A stretch of DNA of 63,839 nt, counting the filler, from Asterionella formosa (taxonomy: Eukaryota), in NCBI GenBank assembly GCA_002256025.1. It is 7 parts of 7 records of this genome, joined end to end, with 100 filler letters (N's around TTAATTAATTAA, not from the genome) between each part and the next. Parts side by side here need not be neighbours in the genome. Positions count along the whole stretch, not along the records: positions 45,736 to 54,745 come from NKIB01011296.1; positions 54,846 to 63,839 come from NKIB01011314.1; 5 more parts are not named here. The stretch is one strand, 5' to 3'. The translations under genes were made by a program, and so were the position numbers. Each line of letters opens with the position of its first letter. The stretch's first letter is position 1. The notes beneath the pieces were generated by a model that was not told the DNA's origin, made no database searches, and worked only from the letters and a program-made list of their open reading frames with translations. Shown here piece after piece: positions 47,247-59,078 of this stretch.

Positions 47247-49190
47247 ATGAGAGCCTTAGTTATGATCGTCTTGTTCGCTTTGGTTCAATCGAGGCATGCG
47301 TATCAAAGGTCCGATCCTTTGCTTGCCAACGACCACCCTCAAACGCAGGTACAACGAGACTTAATTATCGATGGAATAGAAACGATCCCGGGGCGTTATC
47401 CTTACATGGCAAGTATGGCGTCTCAGGGATCTCACCGCTGCGGAGGAACCGTAAGTTGATTCTCATCATCCAAAGTTGCACGTATAGAAGAAGCGTACGC
47501 CTCAACCTATCGATTGGTATTTCGTTCGCAGTTGATTGCTCCTGATATTGTCTTGACGGCGGGACATTGCGCTTATCATATCCATGAGATTCGATTGGGG
47601 ATGCACAACATTATCTACCACAACAATTCCTTTGAAAGTTATTTAATTGAAGACTCTGTCCTTCATCCGAGAGCAAAAGCCAACAAGGACACCAAAGACG
47701 GTAATACACAGTCGGACCCCTTCACTGATGACGATGGCCTTTATCTTGACGAATATGATTTTTTCCTCATCAAAATTTATGGAAGATCAGAAGCACAACC
47801 CATCACACTGAACTCAGATCCATTTGTACCTCATGCAACAGGGAACGAGTTACTGGTGATGGGTTGGGGAACTGTCAATCCAAATGAAACAAATGTTGTT
47901 AGCCCTGTCCTGCGCGAAGCAGTGTTGGAGTATATGACCAATGAGGAATGTTTGATGATTAAAGGCATGGCGACTAATGGCATATTCTTCGATTATGAGA
48001 AATATATAATTCCAGTTTCAATGTGTGCAAGCAGTTTCGACAACAAAGATGCTTGTGCAGGAGATTCTGGAGGGCCACTGATGAGCAAACCGACGTCGAA
48101 TGATGCTTCCCAAGATGTCCAAGTGGGCGTCGTAAGTTTTGGAGTAGACGGATGTGGTCATCCCGGAATCCCTGGGGTTTATGCAAGAGTGTCATACGTT
48201 GCACCTTGGATCCAAGAGTCAGTTTGCAGAATGTCCAATGACCCGCCTTCTCAATTTGGCTGCCCAGAAAAGCTCAACAAGCCCGACTTTTCTGGTGACT
48301 TAGTTGAAATAAACATTCAGATAGGTTTTGATAAATTCCCTGAACAGAATGGATGGATCATTCAATCGGAGAATAAATCAGGAGCGTTGGCGACGTATGC
48401 CGTACAGCCCGTCTTTTCCTTCGCTGACCTGGCACCTGAGGAAATCATAATAAAGTCAATTCAGCTTCCAAACAACCGACAGTATACGATAACTATGCTC
48501 GATAGAATTGGTGATGGTATGTGCTGCGGGTATAATGGTTTTGGAAATTTGACCATTGTTGAAGGGTCAATTCTAAATTCTTCTAAGGTGCTGATTAAAG
48601 CGACATTGCTTGAGTTTACCTACTCCGAATCGTTCACTTTTATCCTTGGGAATCTGCCAACACCTGCCCCAACCGTAACAGCTGTTCCATCCACCACAAC
48701 AATGCCATCATCAGTTCCGACCGTATCGCGAGCTTTCGTATCGATTGAGATAAATTTTGATAATAATCCTGCACAAAGTGGATGGGACTTGGAAGCACTG
48801 GGTCCTAATGATGTTCCCATTTTGATTGCCACTAGGTATGCTGGGGTATATGCCAACGAATCTGCAGGAAGTATATTTGTAGAAAGAATCAACTTGCTTC
48901 CTACCCATGAACCTACTACTTATCGCTTCCGTGCAACCGACACAGATTACAATGGAATATGTTGTGACAATGGTTTTGGTTACTACAAGGTCTGGTATGG
49001 TGAAGTGGATACAGGCGTAGTTGTTGCCGAAGTCGATCGATTTTACATTGAGAAGTATGTCGACTTCTTGGTTGAGAGCACCGAGCTAGGATCAACCTCA
49101 CCATCAATATCACCATCTTCAAGTTTCCTTCAACCATTCTTAAAAATTTCCGTGGTGGCCCTTTCGGTCATCACAATCATATCATTGTAA
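47247..49190 (+). CDS. Secreted or surface-anchored trypsin-like (S1) serine protease with two C-terminal DGxCC repeat domains
   Basis: Signal peptide MRALVMIVLFALVQS, activation site IIDG, intron 47451-47531. Catalytic triad LTAGHC / YDFFL / GDSGGP with S1 Asp (KDAC). DGMCC and NGICC domains separated by a P/T/S linker, then a hydrophobic C-terminal tail. Confidence 0.93.
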
Positions 49191-49824
49191 ATCATTTTGT
49201 GAGTTTCCGTGCTTCCTTGTTTACATAACCCCTTTGACATAAACCCCATCATTATGTATGAGTGAGCACCTTCATCACTCCTTGGCATTCCCAGGTTCTA
49301 ATAATAGTCTTGCTGATTCATAGAAGTCACCACCACGGCATACACTGTTGCTTATCTAATTTCAATGGCTGCTATGTAACTAGCTTTTACCAGGTACCGT
49401 AAACACTAGACTACCGGTATACCGAAAACGTGCAGTCTGGAACACGTCATTCCAACACCGCTTCTTTCTTCCCTTCTTTTCGTGCAAAAAGCAATATTAA
49501 TACCGGAATATATACCCTATACCTATACCGGTACATAGGAACTACTATTGGGAGAAAGCAAGACACGACACACACATCCCAACCATTCTCGCTCACCGCA
49601 GCCAAATTTCTCACTCTTCCTTTCTCTGACCTGTCCAACATATAATCCACGACAATATCGAGTACAGGTTTTTAATAATCCCATTCGTTCAAACAATATT
49701 GAATCCATTCATTATTTGTTCCTCAAAGAATCTTCGAAACAATCTGATTTGTGTGATTTGAAGTGACAAACAGACGATCAGACGTTGTTGCCATCAGTTG
49801 TTGGATAGATTGAACAAGCAAGTC

Positions 49825-52800
49825 ATGTGCTCCCTGGATCACAGCAATGAATACAAGGAAGCTGCTCCCACGGTGGATGGTGAAGGGAGCGACAAGGCGA
49901 GAGCACGGAACCCATACGAAGAAGCGTCGCTGATATCGAAGTTCATCTTCCTTTGGCCCTACCCGCTTCTGAAGCTCGGCATGGAACGGCCTCTAGAGGA
50001 CACTGACTTGCCCTGCGTCCTCGAAGAAGACACGTCCAAAGTGAATCGAACTTATTTTGATCGGGTCCGGGCCGAGGAAAACAAGAAGCGACCCAAGAAT
50101 CCAAGTTTACATCGCGCCATTTTGAGAGATTTCTTTCGCGACCTCTGGTATATTCAACCTTTACAGTGCCTTTCATCCACCGCGAAGGTTGTTCAAGCTG
50201 TTGCTTTGGGTCTCTTGATTGAAACATTTGAGAATGGAGGTGATGGAGGTTATCATTGGGCTGGTGTTATGGCGACTTGTGGCTTTGTTGTACTGATGGA
50301 ACATCATCATGTTTTTCTTTATACATGGCACAAGGGGATGAAACTGAGAATAGCTGCTATTGCGGCTATTTACGACAAGACGCTCAGATTATCGTCGACT
50401 CACCAAGAAGCATCTGGGACCTCTGGATCCATCATCAACTTGGCAACGAATGATGTCGAACGCTTTTTAATGGCAGCCTTGTTCATCAACTACCTATTCT
50501 GGGCTCCACTCCAGTCACTTGGTGTCCTTGGAGTTGGGGTTTGGCAGCTAGGTCCAGCATTTGCAGCCGGATTTGCACTTTTGATAATTGTCTTTATTCC
50601 TCTTCAATTCTATCTTAGCCAACGTTTTGCACACTTTCGTTCTAAGATTGCTGCTATTACAGATCGACGTGTGACTTTGGTCTCCCAAGCTATATACGGT
50701 GCCCGCGTCATGAAGATGAGTGGCTGGGAATGGCAATTTCTGGATCGTATCCAAGGAATTCGAAAGCAAGAAATCTCACTAATTGAGAAGGCCAACCAAC
50801 TTAAGTCTTGGAATGAAACTCTCTTTTTCTCAGCTAATATTGTCATTCCGATTGTAATTTTTCTTGTGCACGTTGCAATTGGCGGGACCTTGAATCCTCG
50901 AAACGTATTCACTGTTATGACTCTTATCAATATTGTTCAGCTGGAAATGACAAAACACGTTTCTCTTGGTGTCATGGGCGTTTCAGAGTGTTACGTTTCT
51001 ATCAATCGAATCCAAAAGTTTCTAGAATTTCCCGAGCTACCAAATGTGAGTGACCCAACGCAACTAGAATTCAACGTGAAGGACAAAGTGGCGATATCAA
51101 TGGCAAATGTAGACTGCTATTGGGATGAGGATAGTTCGAGCAATAGAGAAAAGCGACAGGATCTGTCCGCCTTTTCCGCCCTCTCCGAAATTTCGCTTGA
51201 TTTTCATCATGGCGAGCTCACTTGCATTATCGGAACGGTCGGAAGTTCGAAAAGTGCGTTGCTACAAGCCCTTGTCGGGGAACTGCATGTCTCTCAAGGA
51301 ACATTGAGAAGGAACTACTCTAGTTTATCATATGCATCCCAGGATCCTTTTCTCATGGATGGCACCGTCCGGGAAAATATAACGTTGGGCAAAGAATTTC
51401 AGCCTGAGTGGTATGAACGGGTTGTCAAATCTACTGGATTGTCTGTTGACTTCCGGCAATTCCGAAATGGCGATCACACTATTGTCGGTGACCGCGGTGT
51501 GCAGTGTAGTGGAGGACAACGAGCCCGTATCGGACTTGCCAGGGCACTCTATCGTGACGCAGACGTACTGGTATGCGATGATCCTCTGTCTGCTGTTGAC
51601 GCAAAGGTTGGTCGACTTATTTTCTCAGAAGCCCTAATGGAATTGGCGGTGAATCGAGGAAAGTGTGTTATTCTCGCTACCCACCAGCATCAATATATCA
51701 ATGAGGCTCGCTGTGTTCTCATGGCTTCAGGGAGAGTTAAATGCATTGGTTCATATGTTGAGTGCGTTGCTGCTTCTGGTGGCAAACTAACTCCACACGC
51801 TCCAGATAGCAGCGTCGATATTCTTGCAACTAACCCAATACCATTGTCAACTGGGATTTTGTCGACAACAGAAACTGGTGGCCGATTGGGCAGCCTCCAA
51901 GACGAAGGAAACGGGGACGAAAAAGAACTGAATGTCACAGGGTTAGTACAATTTGAAACATTTCTAAATTATGCCCGCGCCATGGGCGGCATATGGAAGG
52001 CGGTTGCGGTCTTGTTTCTGTTTATGATTACACAAGCAACAGTTCTATTCACTATCGCGGTCCTTGGAAAATGGTCACAGCGATCAGCTGAGGATCAGCG
52101 ATCTTGGGAAATTCTTGTGATAGTTATGGGGTTGGGAGTAGCTGTAGTTTTTCTTGCATTGATTCGAGCTGTTATCAGTTTCCGTTTAACGATTCGAGCA
52201 TCTCAGGAGCTGCACGATCGAATGACAAAGGCTGTTCTGAGAGCTAGGATCGAATTTTTCGATACGAATCCCTCGGGGCGTATACTAAACCGATTTTCGG
52301 CAGACATTGGATCCAATGATGACCTTCTGCCTCCAACTCTCTTTGACTTCCTCATGATTTCATTTGTGGTTCTTGGAGCTGTCATTACAACGGTCTCAGT
52401 ATTGCCATATACACTCATAGCATTTCCACCCCTTCTCTTTTACTTCACATCCGTCCGCCGTGTCTTTATCACTACAACTCGTGAATTAAAGAGATTGGAA
52501 GGCATTGCTCGTTCCCCTATCTTCGCCATGTTGGGCGAGTCTCTCACCGGCATTGCGACCATCCGAGCCAACGCGGCAACGGACTATTTCAAGGAAAAAT
52601 TTCAAGTGGCTCACGATACTCACACCAGGGCTTTCTTTGCCTTCATTGCAAGTTCTCGATGGGTTGGCTTTCGAATGGATTCTATTATGTATTTGTTTCT
52701 GAGCGTGGCCGCTTTTCTCGCCGTCTTGTTCCAGCAACAAGGTTGGTTTAAAGTTGACCCTGTTATTCTTGGTCTTTCCCTTTCCATGTTGTTGCAACTA

Positions 52801-53721
52801 GCAGGATTGTTCCAGTGGTGCATTCGGCAAAGTGCGGAAGTCATCAACCAAATGGTATCCGTCGAGCGGGTTCTTGGCTTTTGCAATCTCCCACCAGAAG
52901 CCGAGCTGGAGTATGAGTCAGATAAGAATTTGGGTGACTGGCCAAAAGGTGGAGTCATGAAATTGACAGACTTGTCAGTACGTTATCGCAAGACATTGCC
53001 TCTATCGCTCGAGAAAGTTTCTTTTGAGATTCCTAGTGGCGCTCGTGTTGGGGTCGTTGGTAGAACCGGCTCAGGCAAAAGCACGCTGGTTCAGTGCATC
53101 TTCAGACTCCTTGAAGCTGAGGAAGGTTCGATTCAACTTGATGACATTAATATTGGCACAGTTGGTTTGCATACCCTTCGTACTCGCCTTTCTGTGATTC
53201 CCCAAATGCCTGTTCTTTTTAGTGGCTGCACAGTCCGAGAAAATCTTGACCCCTTTGCCAGTCACACGGATGATCAGATTAAGGAAGCCCTCCAAGATGT
53301 CCATATGCTTTCTGTGATCCAGGATTTACCTTCTGGCATGGCTAGTATGGTCTCAGAAGGAGGTTCTAACTTTTCAGTTGGCCAACGTCAGCTTCTCTGC
53401 TTGGCTCGCGCAATCTTGCGGAAGAGTCCATTTCTCATCCTGGATGAGCCAACCGCGAATGTGGACCGACGAACGGATGAGCTCCTGCAACAAGCTCTCC
53501 AGAAGTCCTTTCATCAAGCAACAATTCTGTCTGTAGCGCATCGGCTCGATACAGTGATTGATTATGATTTCATATTGGTAATGGGTGCCGGTCATGTGTT
53601 AGAATTTGGATCTCCGGCTGAACTGGTCGAGAAGGAAGGTGGATATTTTGCCAGCATGGTTAAGGATACCGGAGACAGTATGTCGCAAGAGTTGCGACGA
53701 CGTGCTAAGAAAAATAGATAG
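49825..53721 (+). CDS. ABC transporter subfamily C (MRP4-like)
   Basis: Intronless. N-terminal NPYEEASLISKFIFLW. NBD1: GTVGSSKS, CSGGQ, DDPLSAVD. NBD2: GRTGSGKS, FSVGQRQ, DEPTA, AHRL. The ORF starts at 49798; the first ATG is at 49825. Confidence 0.96.
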   Translation: MCSLDHSNEYKEAAPTVDGEGSDKARARNPYEEASLISKFIFLWPYPLLKLGMERPLEDTDLPCVLEEDTSKVNRTYFDRVRAEENKKRPKNPSLHRAILRDFFRDLWYIQPLQCLSSTAKVVQAVALGLLIETFENGGDGGYHWAGVMATCGFVVLMEHHHVFLYTWHKGMKLRIAAIAAIYDKTLRLSSTHQEASGTSGSIINLATNDVERFLMAALFINYLFWAPLQSLGVLGVGVWQLGPAFAAGFALLIIVFIPLQFYLSQRFAHFRSKIAAITDRRVTLVSQAIYGARVMKMSGWEWQFLDRIQGIRKQEISLIEKANQLKSWNETLFFSANIVIPIVIFLVHVAIGGTLNPRNVFTVMTLINIVQLEMTKHVSLGVMGVSECYVSINRIQKFLEFPELPNVSDPTQLEFNVKDKVAISMANVDCYWDEDSSSNREKRQDLSAFSALSEISLDFHHGELTCIIGTVGSSKSALLQALVGELHVSQGTLRRNYSSLSYASQDPFLMDGTVRENITLGKEFQPEWYERVVKSTGLSVDFRQFRNGDHTIVGDRGVQCSGGQRARIGLARALYRDADVLVCDDPLSAVDAKVGRLIFSEALMELAVNRGKCVILATHQHQYINEARCVLMASGRVKCIGSYVECVAASGGKLTPHAPDSSVDILATNPIPLSTGILSTTETGGRLGSLQDEGNGDEKELNVTGLVQFETFLNYARAMGGIWKAVAVLFLFMITQATVLFTIAVLGKWSQRSAEDQRSWEILVIVMGLGVAVVFLALIRAVISFRLTIRASQELHDRMTKAVLRARIEFFDTNPSGRILNRFSADIGSNDDLLPPTLFDFLMISFVVLGAVITTVSVLPYTLIAFPPLLFYFTSVRRVFITTTRELKRLEGIARSPIFAMLGESLTGIATIRANAATDYFKEKFQVAHDTHTRAFFAFIASSRWVGFRMDSIMYLFLSVAAFLAVLFQQQGWFKVDPVILGLSLSMLLQLAGLFQWCIRQSAEVINQMVSVERVLGFCNLPPEAELEYESDKNLGDWPKGGVMKLTDLSVRYRKTLPLSLEKVSFEIPSGARVGVVGRTGSGKSTLVQCIFRLLEAEEGSIQLDDINIGTVGLHTLRTRLSVIPQMPVLFSGCTVRENLDPFASHTDDQIKEALQDVHMLSVIQDLPSGMASMVSEGGSNFSVGQRQLLCLARAILRKSPFLILDEPTANVDRRTDELLQQALQKSFHQATILSVAHRLDTVIDYDFILVMGAGHVLEFGSPAELVEKEGGYFASMVKDTGDSMSQELRRRAKKNR

Positions 53722-53921
53722 ATTGATAATATAGAGATTTATTTTCTATGAGATGTTTGGAAGCTGGGTAAGTTCACCGTTCTCCTTGTGCCTCTAGCAT
53801 GCAACATTACGTAGACGGACCTCTCCCGCATGATCCCCGTTGTCGTCCAAAAATGCATTTTAGGGCTGGGTGAAAATTGCACGAATAATCTCGCTGAATC
53901 CGCACAGTTACATAACTTTCA

Positions 53922-54515
53922 CTACACAGCTCTATGATAAATCATTTGAGGCATATCATCCATACCAAAGTCCTTGAGCAAGTGTCCCAACTCCAAGTAA
54001 GAACGTGGTCCAAGTGTATATTCCTGACTCATACTGGCCCTTCTATTTTCGTTGTCGTTGCAAATCAACCAGTGCTCGTCAATCAAATTATCCAAAGCAA
54101 GCTCCGATTCTTGAATGGTCAGAATCTTGTACGGTTTATCTGCTTTGGTTCGAATATTGATCAAGTCCATTCGTGATCCCTGGTCCTGTTCCGTCAAGAA
54201 TTCCAGCAAGAGTCGAATATACGCTTTGACATGGGGCGTCAAGTTAGAAAATGCCTGCTTGGCGATATCATCCACATGATGGTTGATCACAGCGTGATAT
54301 CTATGGCCGTGAAGGGATATGGTCGCAACTTCCAATCCAAAGGCCGGTAGCAGCGAGGAATTGATTTCCTTCCAACATTGGTCCAAGGAAGAACAATGAC
54401 TATCATTGAGCTCGTTGAAGAGAGTCTTCGCTTCTTCAGCACGGAGGACGTGAGAGGCCATGAGACGTTGCAGCAAGAGCTGTTTCCCGTGTGAAATGGG
54501 TTCAATTGTCGACAT
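53922..54515 (-). CDS. NSE1: SMC5/6 complex subunit NSE1 (winged-helix part only)
   Basis: LLLQRLMASHVL, INSSL..FGLEV, YHAVIN...DDIAK, LDNLIDEHWL and LGPRSYLEL are Nse1 WH-domain motifs. Confidence 0.75.
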   Translation of the reverse strand: MSTIEPISHGKQLLLQRLMASHVLRAEEAKTLFNELNDSHCSSLDQCWKEINSSLLPAFGLEVATISLHGHRYHAVINHHVDDIAKQAFSNLTPHVKAYIRLLLEFLTEQDQGSRMDLINIRTKADKPYKILTIQESELALDNLIDEHWLICNDNENRRASMSQEYTLGPRSYLELGHLLKDFGMDDMPQMIYHRAV

Positions 54516-54745
54516 TTGGATGCTAGATTCTGATTCAATTGCTATAAAGTATTGATAATTTGTATCCATTAGGAATCAAACAACAGAAAACCGGTACACA
54601 GAATTTTAAGATGCAGATATACCGGGAACGTAGTCGTAAAAAATTAAACTCCCAGTTAAACCCGTAGTGGAAGCTAGCACTAGTAGTTTACTACTACTCC
54701 AGGACAGTGCACAAAGCTATTCTTGGCGACAATACCGGTTGTGGT

Positions 54746-54845
54746 NNNNNNNNNNNNNNNNNNNNNNNNNNNNNNNNNNNNNNNNNNNNTTAATTAATTA
54801 ANNNNNNNNNNNNNNNNNNNNNNNNNNNNNNNNNNNNNNNNNNNN
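54746..54845. other. Artificial scaffold-joining spacer
   Basis: N44-TTAATTAATTAA-N44. Confidence 0.97.
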
Positions 54846-55381
54846 GCGTTCAAAATTCATTGTGAAAACTTCACATGAAGCAGTTAAAACTTCACATGAA
54901 ACCGTTAAAAGTAATCTTTTTTACGTGAAGAGTGGCATTAATGCATGTGAAGTACCACATAATTAACACTCATACATAGACGAAATTTCGAAAAGTGGCG
55001 TATTTCGCGTCTTAGATGCAAGATGATCAATTGCTGGGATTACAAATACGGAATGACTCGTCCCCTTTCAGTGATTCAATAGCTCCTTTTCGATTTGGTG
55101 GCTGGCCAACTATCGATGTGGACAAAACAAGTAATCGGTAAGTGCTATCAGCCATCTTTGGATCAATCTACAACTGTTAGAAAAACTGACACATATGTGT
55201 TGCTTCTTCCAGGATAATAGTAGACAAACAGTATTTGTAAGTTACAAACAGCAGTGTTGGAGCCCATTTATTGATAGATACTTTGCTTCTCCTTCAATCT
55301 TCAACTGACACATTGTTCTTTTACAGAAATATGCATCAGTTACTTCCTCAATTTGTGGTAAGTGAAGGCAGATAGAAGCGA

Positions 55382-55625
55382 AATGAATGTTGTTGTGTAA
55401 GCAAAACATGAACAGCTAACAATGAATTGCTTCTCTTTGTTAGTATGGCTGATTGGAACAACGAAACGGATTCAATAGTGCGTGAATGCAAACTTAGAAC
55501 AACCCTCAGGAGTAAATGGAACAAAGCAGGCAGGGGAACAACGGCAAGGCAACCAGTACAACAACCTTCAGAATTGGATTGGGGGGAATGTGGAAGTGAA
55601 AGCTGAAGCACCAATCATTGAGATG
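55382..55625 (+). repeat. Dispersed repeat D, copy 2
   Basis: Matches 45736-45985 and abuts the truncated copia pol. Confidence 0.9.
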
Positions 55626-55628
55626 AGA

Positions 55629-58600
55629 CTATCCTTGGCCCGTGTGAAGGAACATGGCTATCAAGTCACATATGATAGCTCAGTAGGAAATGCTTTTCAT
55701 GTGCACAAGTCAGATGGTACTGTGCGTGTCTTTAAGGAATCAGACAAAGGCCTCTACTACATGATACAAAACTCAACAAAACAATAATAACATTGATGTG
55801 ACATTGGTGAATATGGTAGACAATAACCGTGTTAAATATTCTCAGCGAGACTAGTAGTACTCTAAAGCTGTATTAGCTCGTAAGATACAGAAAATAATTG
55901 GATGACCAAGCACCCGAGCATATATCAAGATCATTGAAAAGAATTTGTTGCCCAACTGTCCTATTACCAAGGATGATATCCTGGCCGCAGAGCACATCTT
56001 CAGACCAGATATTGGATCCTTGAATGGAAAGACTGTTCGTCAGAAACCGATTCCAGTATCCACACAACGGTCATATGTGCCCAGCTCCATAATGAATCGG
56101 TATCGTCAAGTGACCATTGCCGGTGACATTATGTTTGTCAATAAACTCTCATTTCTGATCACAATATCAAGGAATATCAAGTTCAGTACAGCTGAGTTGC
56201 TTCAAAACCAACAACATGGGACCATACTAGCTGCAATAAAACATGTATACCAACTGTATTCGAAACGGGGATTCAAAATCACAACACTACCCATGGACGG
56301 ACAATTTGACGGACTGCACGGCGACATTGCTACATTAGGAATCACGCTCAATACTGTTTCCAATGATGAACATGTGCCAGAGATTGAACGTCACATCCGA
56401 ACACTAAAAGAGAGGGTCCAAAGTGTGTACACAATGCTGCTGTTCCAATGCATCCCAACACGTATCATAATTGAGTTGATATATTACTCTGTGTTTTGGC
56501 TCAACAGCTTTCCTGCCGCTGGGGGAATATCTGATACGCTGAGCCCACGCACCATAATTGTGGGATCCACCATGATTGATTATGCACAACACTGTCGCAT
56601 TGAATTTAGCACATATGTGCAGACACATGAGACCCATGATAACAGCATAACTCCTCGCACAACCGGTGCTCTTGCTCTACGACCTACAGGCAATCATCAA
56701 GGTGGGCAGGCACCTCTTCTTTAGCCTTAGAATGGGTAAGATCCTAAATCGAAACCATTGGACAGCCCTCCCTATGCCCTCGGAAGTTGTGGATAGAGTG
56801 CATGTCCTTGCACGACATAGCTTCTCCAACCACATTTTCACCTTTGCCAACCGTGACGGGGTCGAGGCTGATGAAGAGGATGATGATGAATTGTATTTCC
56901 CCAATGATGACAATGACGATGACAAGAGCACCAATGATGACGATTACAATAATGGTGATGAAAACCATGCTGGAAACAATCCCATTCATACCGAGTCTGA
57001 TGAGATTGCAGGAGTGATCGAAAATAACTATGTAGTTGATGGCAATGATATAATCAACCAAAATGAAAATGAAAATGAAAGCCAAACTGAGAGTCGAACC
57101 GAGAATGCAGACGAAAATGAAGATGAAAACATCGTAATCAATGGCAATGATATAATCAACCAAGATAAAAATGAAAGTCAAACTGAGACTCAAACCGAGA
57201 ATGCAGACGAAAGCGAAAATGAAGATGAAAACATCATAACCAACCAAAATGAAGATCACGAAGAACTTGATCTGGCTGATAGTATGGTCGATGTAGAAGT
57301 CCAAACAGAGAATGAGGACAACACTCATACCCAAATGGACACGAGATATGGCAGGCGAACCAGTCAATACAATCTGCGGGCTCGAAAACCTCGAGACTAT
57401 GGGAATTTGCATTGTACTCTTGAGAGCATTGCCATGACGCATCACAGTATTACAAAAGGTCTTAAGCTCTTTGGAGATGCTGGAGTCGACGCAATAATGA
57501 AAGAATTGCATCAGCTTCATGATTGTGGAGTGCTCGAACCCAAAACTGCTGCCCAATTGTCCCCAGAACAGCGCAAGGACGCATTACAGTATCTCATGTT
57601 TCTCAAACAAAAAAGGAATGGAACAATTAAAGGAAGAGGGTGCGCCGATGGACGCAAACAACGAGCAACTACTACCAAAGAGGAGGCTAGTTCACTAACA
57701 GTGGCCATTGAATCAGTAATGTTATCCTGTGTCATAGATGCAAAAGAAGGACGTGATGTAGCAACAGTCGACATTCCTGGGGTTTTTTTGCAGGCTGACA
57801 TGGAAGATACAGTACATATGAAGCTAGAAGGAAAAATGGCAGAGTTGTTGGTCCGAATTGACCAAAAATGTACAGGCAGCATGTCCAGATCAAGAAAGGG
57901 AGAATAGTCCTATACGAGGAGCTTAAAAAGGCACTGTATGGCACATTTAAGGCCGCCCTAATGTTTTGGAAGGTGCTTAGTTCACAACTTCATCAATGGG
58001 GTTTCAGCACAAATCCATATGACAGATGTGTAATGAACAAAATGGTGGATGGAAAACAATGCACAATACTATGGCATGTGGATGACTTGAAGATATCCCA
58101 TGTCAGCCCAGAGGTGGTAAATGACATCACACAGAAGTTTGAGGATGTATTTGGTCAAGAGGCACCATTAACTAAGACACAAGGAAAGATTCATGAGTAT
58201 GTAGGTATGAACATTGACTTCAGTGAGACAGGAAAGGTCAAATTCACTATGGTGGATTACATAAAGGAAATGCTTGAAGAACTACCTGAGGATATGAGTG
58301 GGACAGCCCCTACGCCTGCAGCTTCAAACCTGTTTGATGTGAATGAAGCACACTGCAAGACCACCTTGCTGACCTATATCACCACAACACTGCAAAATTA
58401 CTATTTCTATGCAAGAGGACAAGACCAGATCTGCAGACCGCTGTGGCATTTCTATGCACAAGAGTAAAGAAACCAGATGTGGATGATTAGAAGAAGCTGT
58501 GTCAAACAATGAGATACCTGTGAGGTTCACTACACATGCCTCTCACTCTGGAAGCCGAAAATGTTCAGATCATCAAATGGTGGGTAGATGCATCATTTGC

Positions 58601-58850
58601 AGTGCACCCCGACATGAAGAGCCACACTGGTGGGGCTAGTATGACACTTGGTCGAGGAATGATCTATGGAACATCTGTTCAACAGAAAATAAACACAAAA
58701 AGCTCAACAGAGGGAGAATGAGTTGGTGTGAACGATGTAATGCCGCAAATCCTGTGGACACGGTATTTCATGGAGGCACAGGTGTACAACATTAAGGACA
58801 CAGTGGTGTACCAAGACAATCACAGCGCAATTCTTCTGGAAACAAATGTT
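55629..58850 (+). mobile_element. Degenerate CoDi-like Ty1/copia pol (end of protease, integrase, RT, RNase H), no LTRs
   Basis: LSLARV..VTYDS..GLYY; integrase GDIMFVN, DGQF, EHVPEIERHIRTLKER; RT KGRGCADG, VDIPGVFLQ, LKKALYG, LWHVDDLKISH; RNase H WWVDASFAVH, KSSTE, YQDNHSAILLE. Several stops and frameshifts. Domain order INT-RT-RH. Confidence 0.95.
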
Positions 58851-59078
58851 GCGCGCCATGCACAACTGCATGCAAATAATAATAGCATCATATGGATGAT
58901 ACCTGGTACCACAAAAACGAATGCTGATGATCATGACGGCGTTTCGTCAGTTCAAATCACTTTCCATTGTTTCTTGTTGAGGTGGTTACTACCTTGACAT
59001 TGATTACCGGTTATACTTTGCCATTTGTTTTTCCTTGCTGACAAGTGAAACTTCTTTGTTAACCATACCTTCCTCACA

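Noticed and set aside
39336..54515. MRE11 and NSE1 as a DNA-repair gene cluster; the two ABCC genes as a tandem pair
   Set aside because: They lie on different scaffolds separated by artificial spacers.
9067..54845. Regular ~9.1-kb recurrence of TTAATTAATTAA as a biological periodic element
   Set aside because: It is always flanked by exactly 44 Ns on each side, which marks an artificial six-frame-stop linker.
55903..58523. In-frame TGA as selenocysteine or an alternative genetic code
   Set aside because: These occur only in frameshifted TE relics at expected Arg positions, and the host genes read normally with the standard code.
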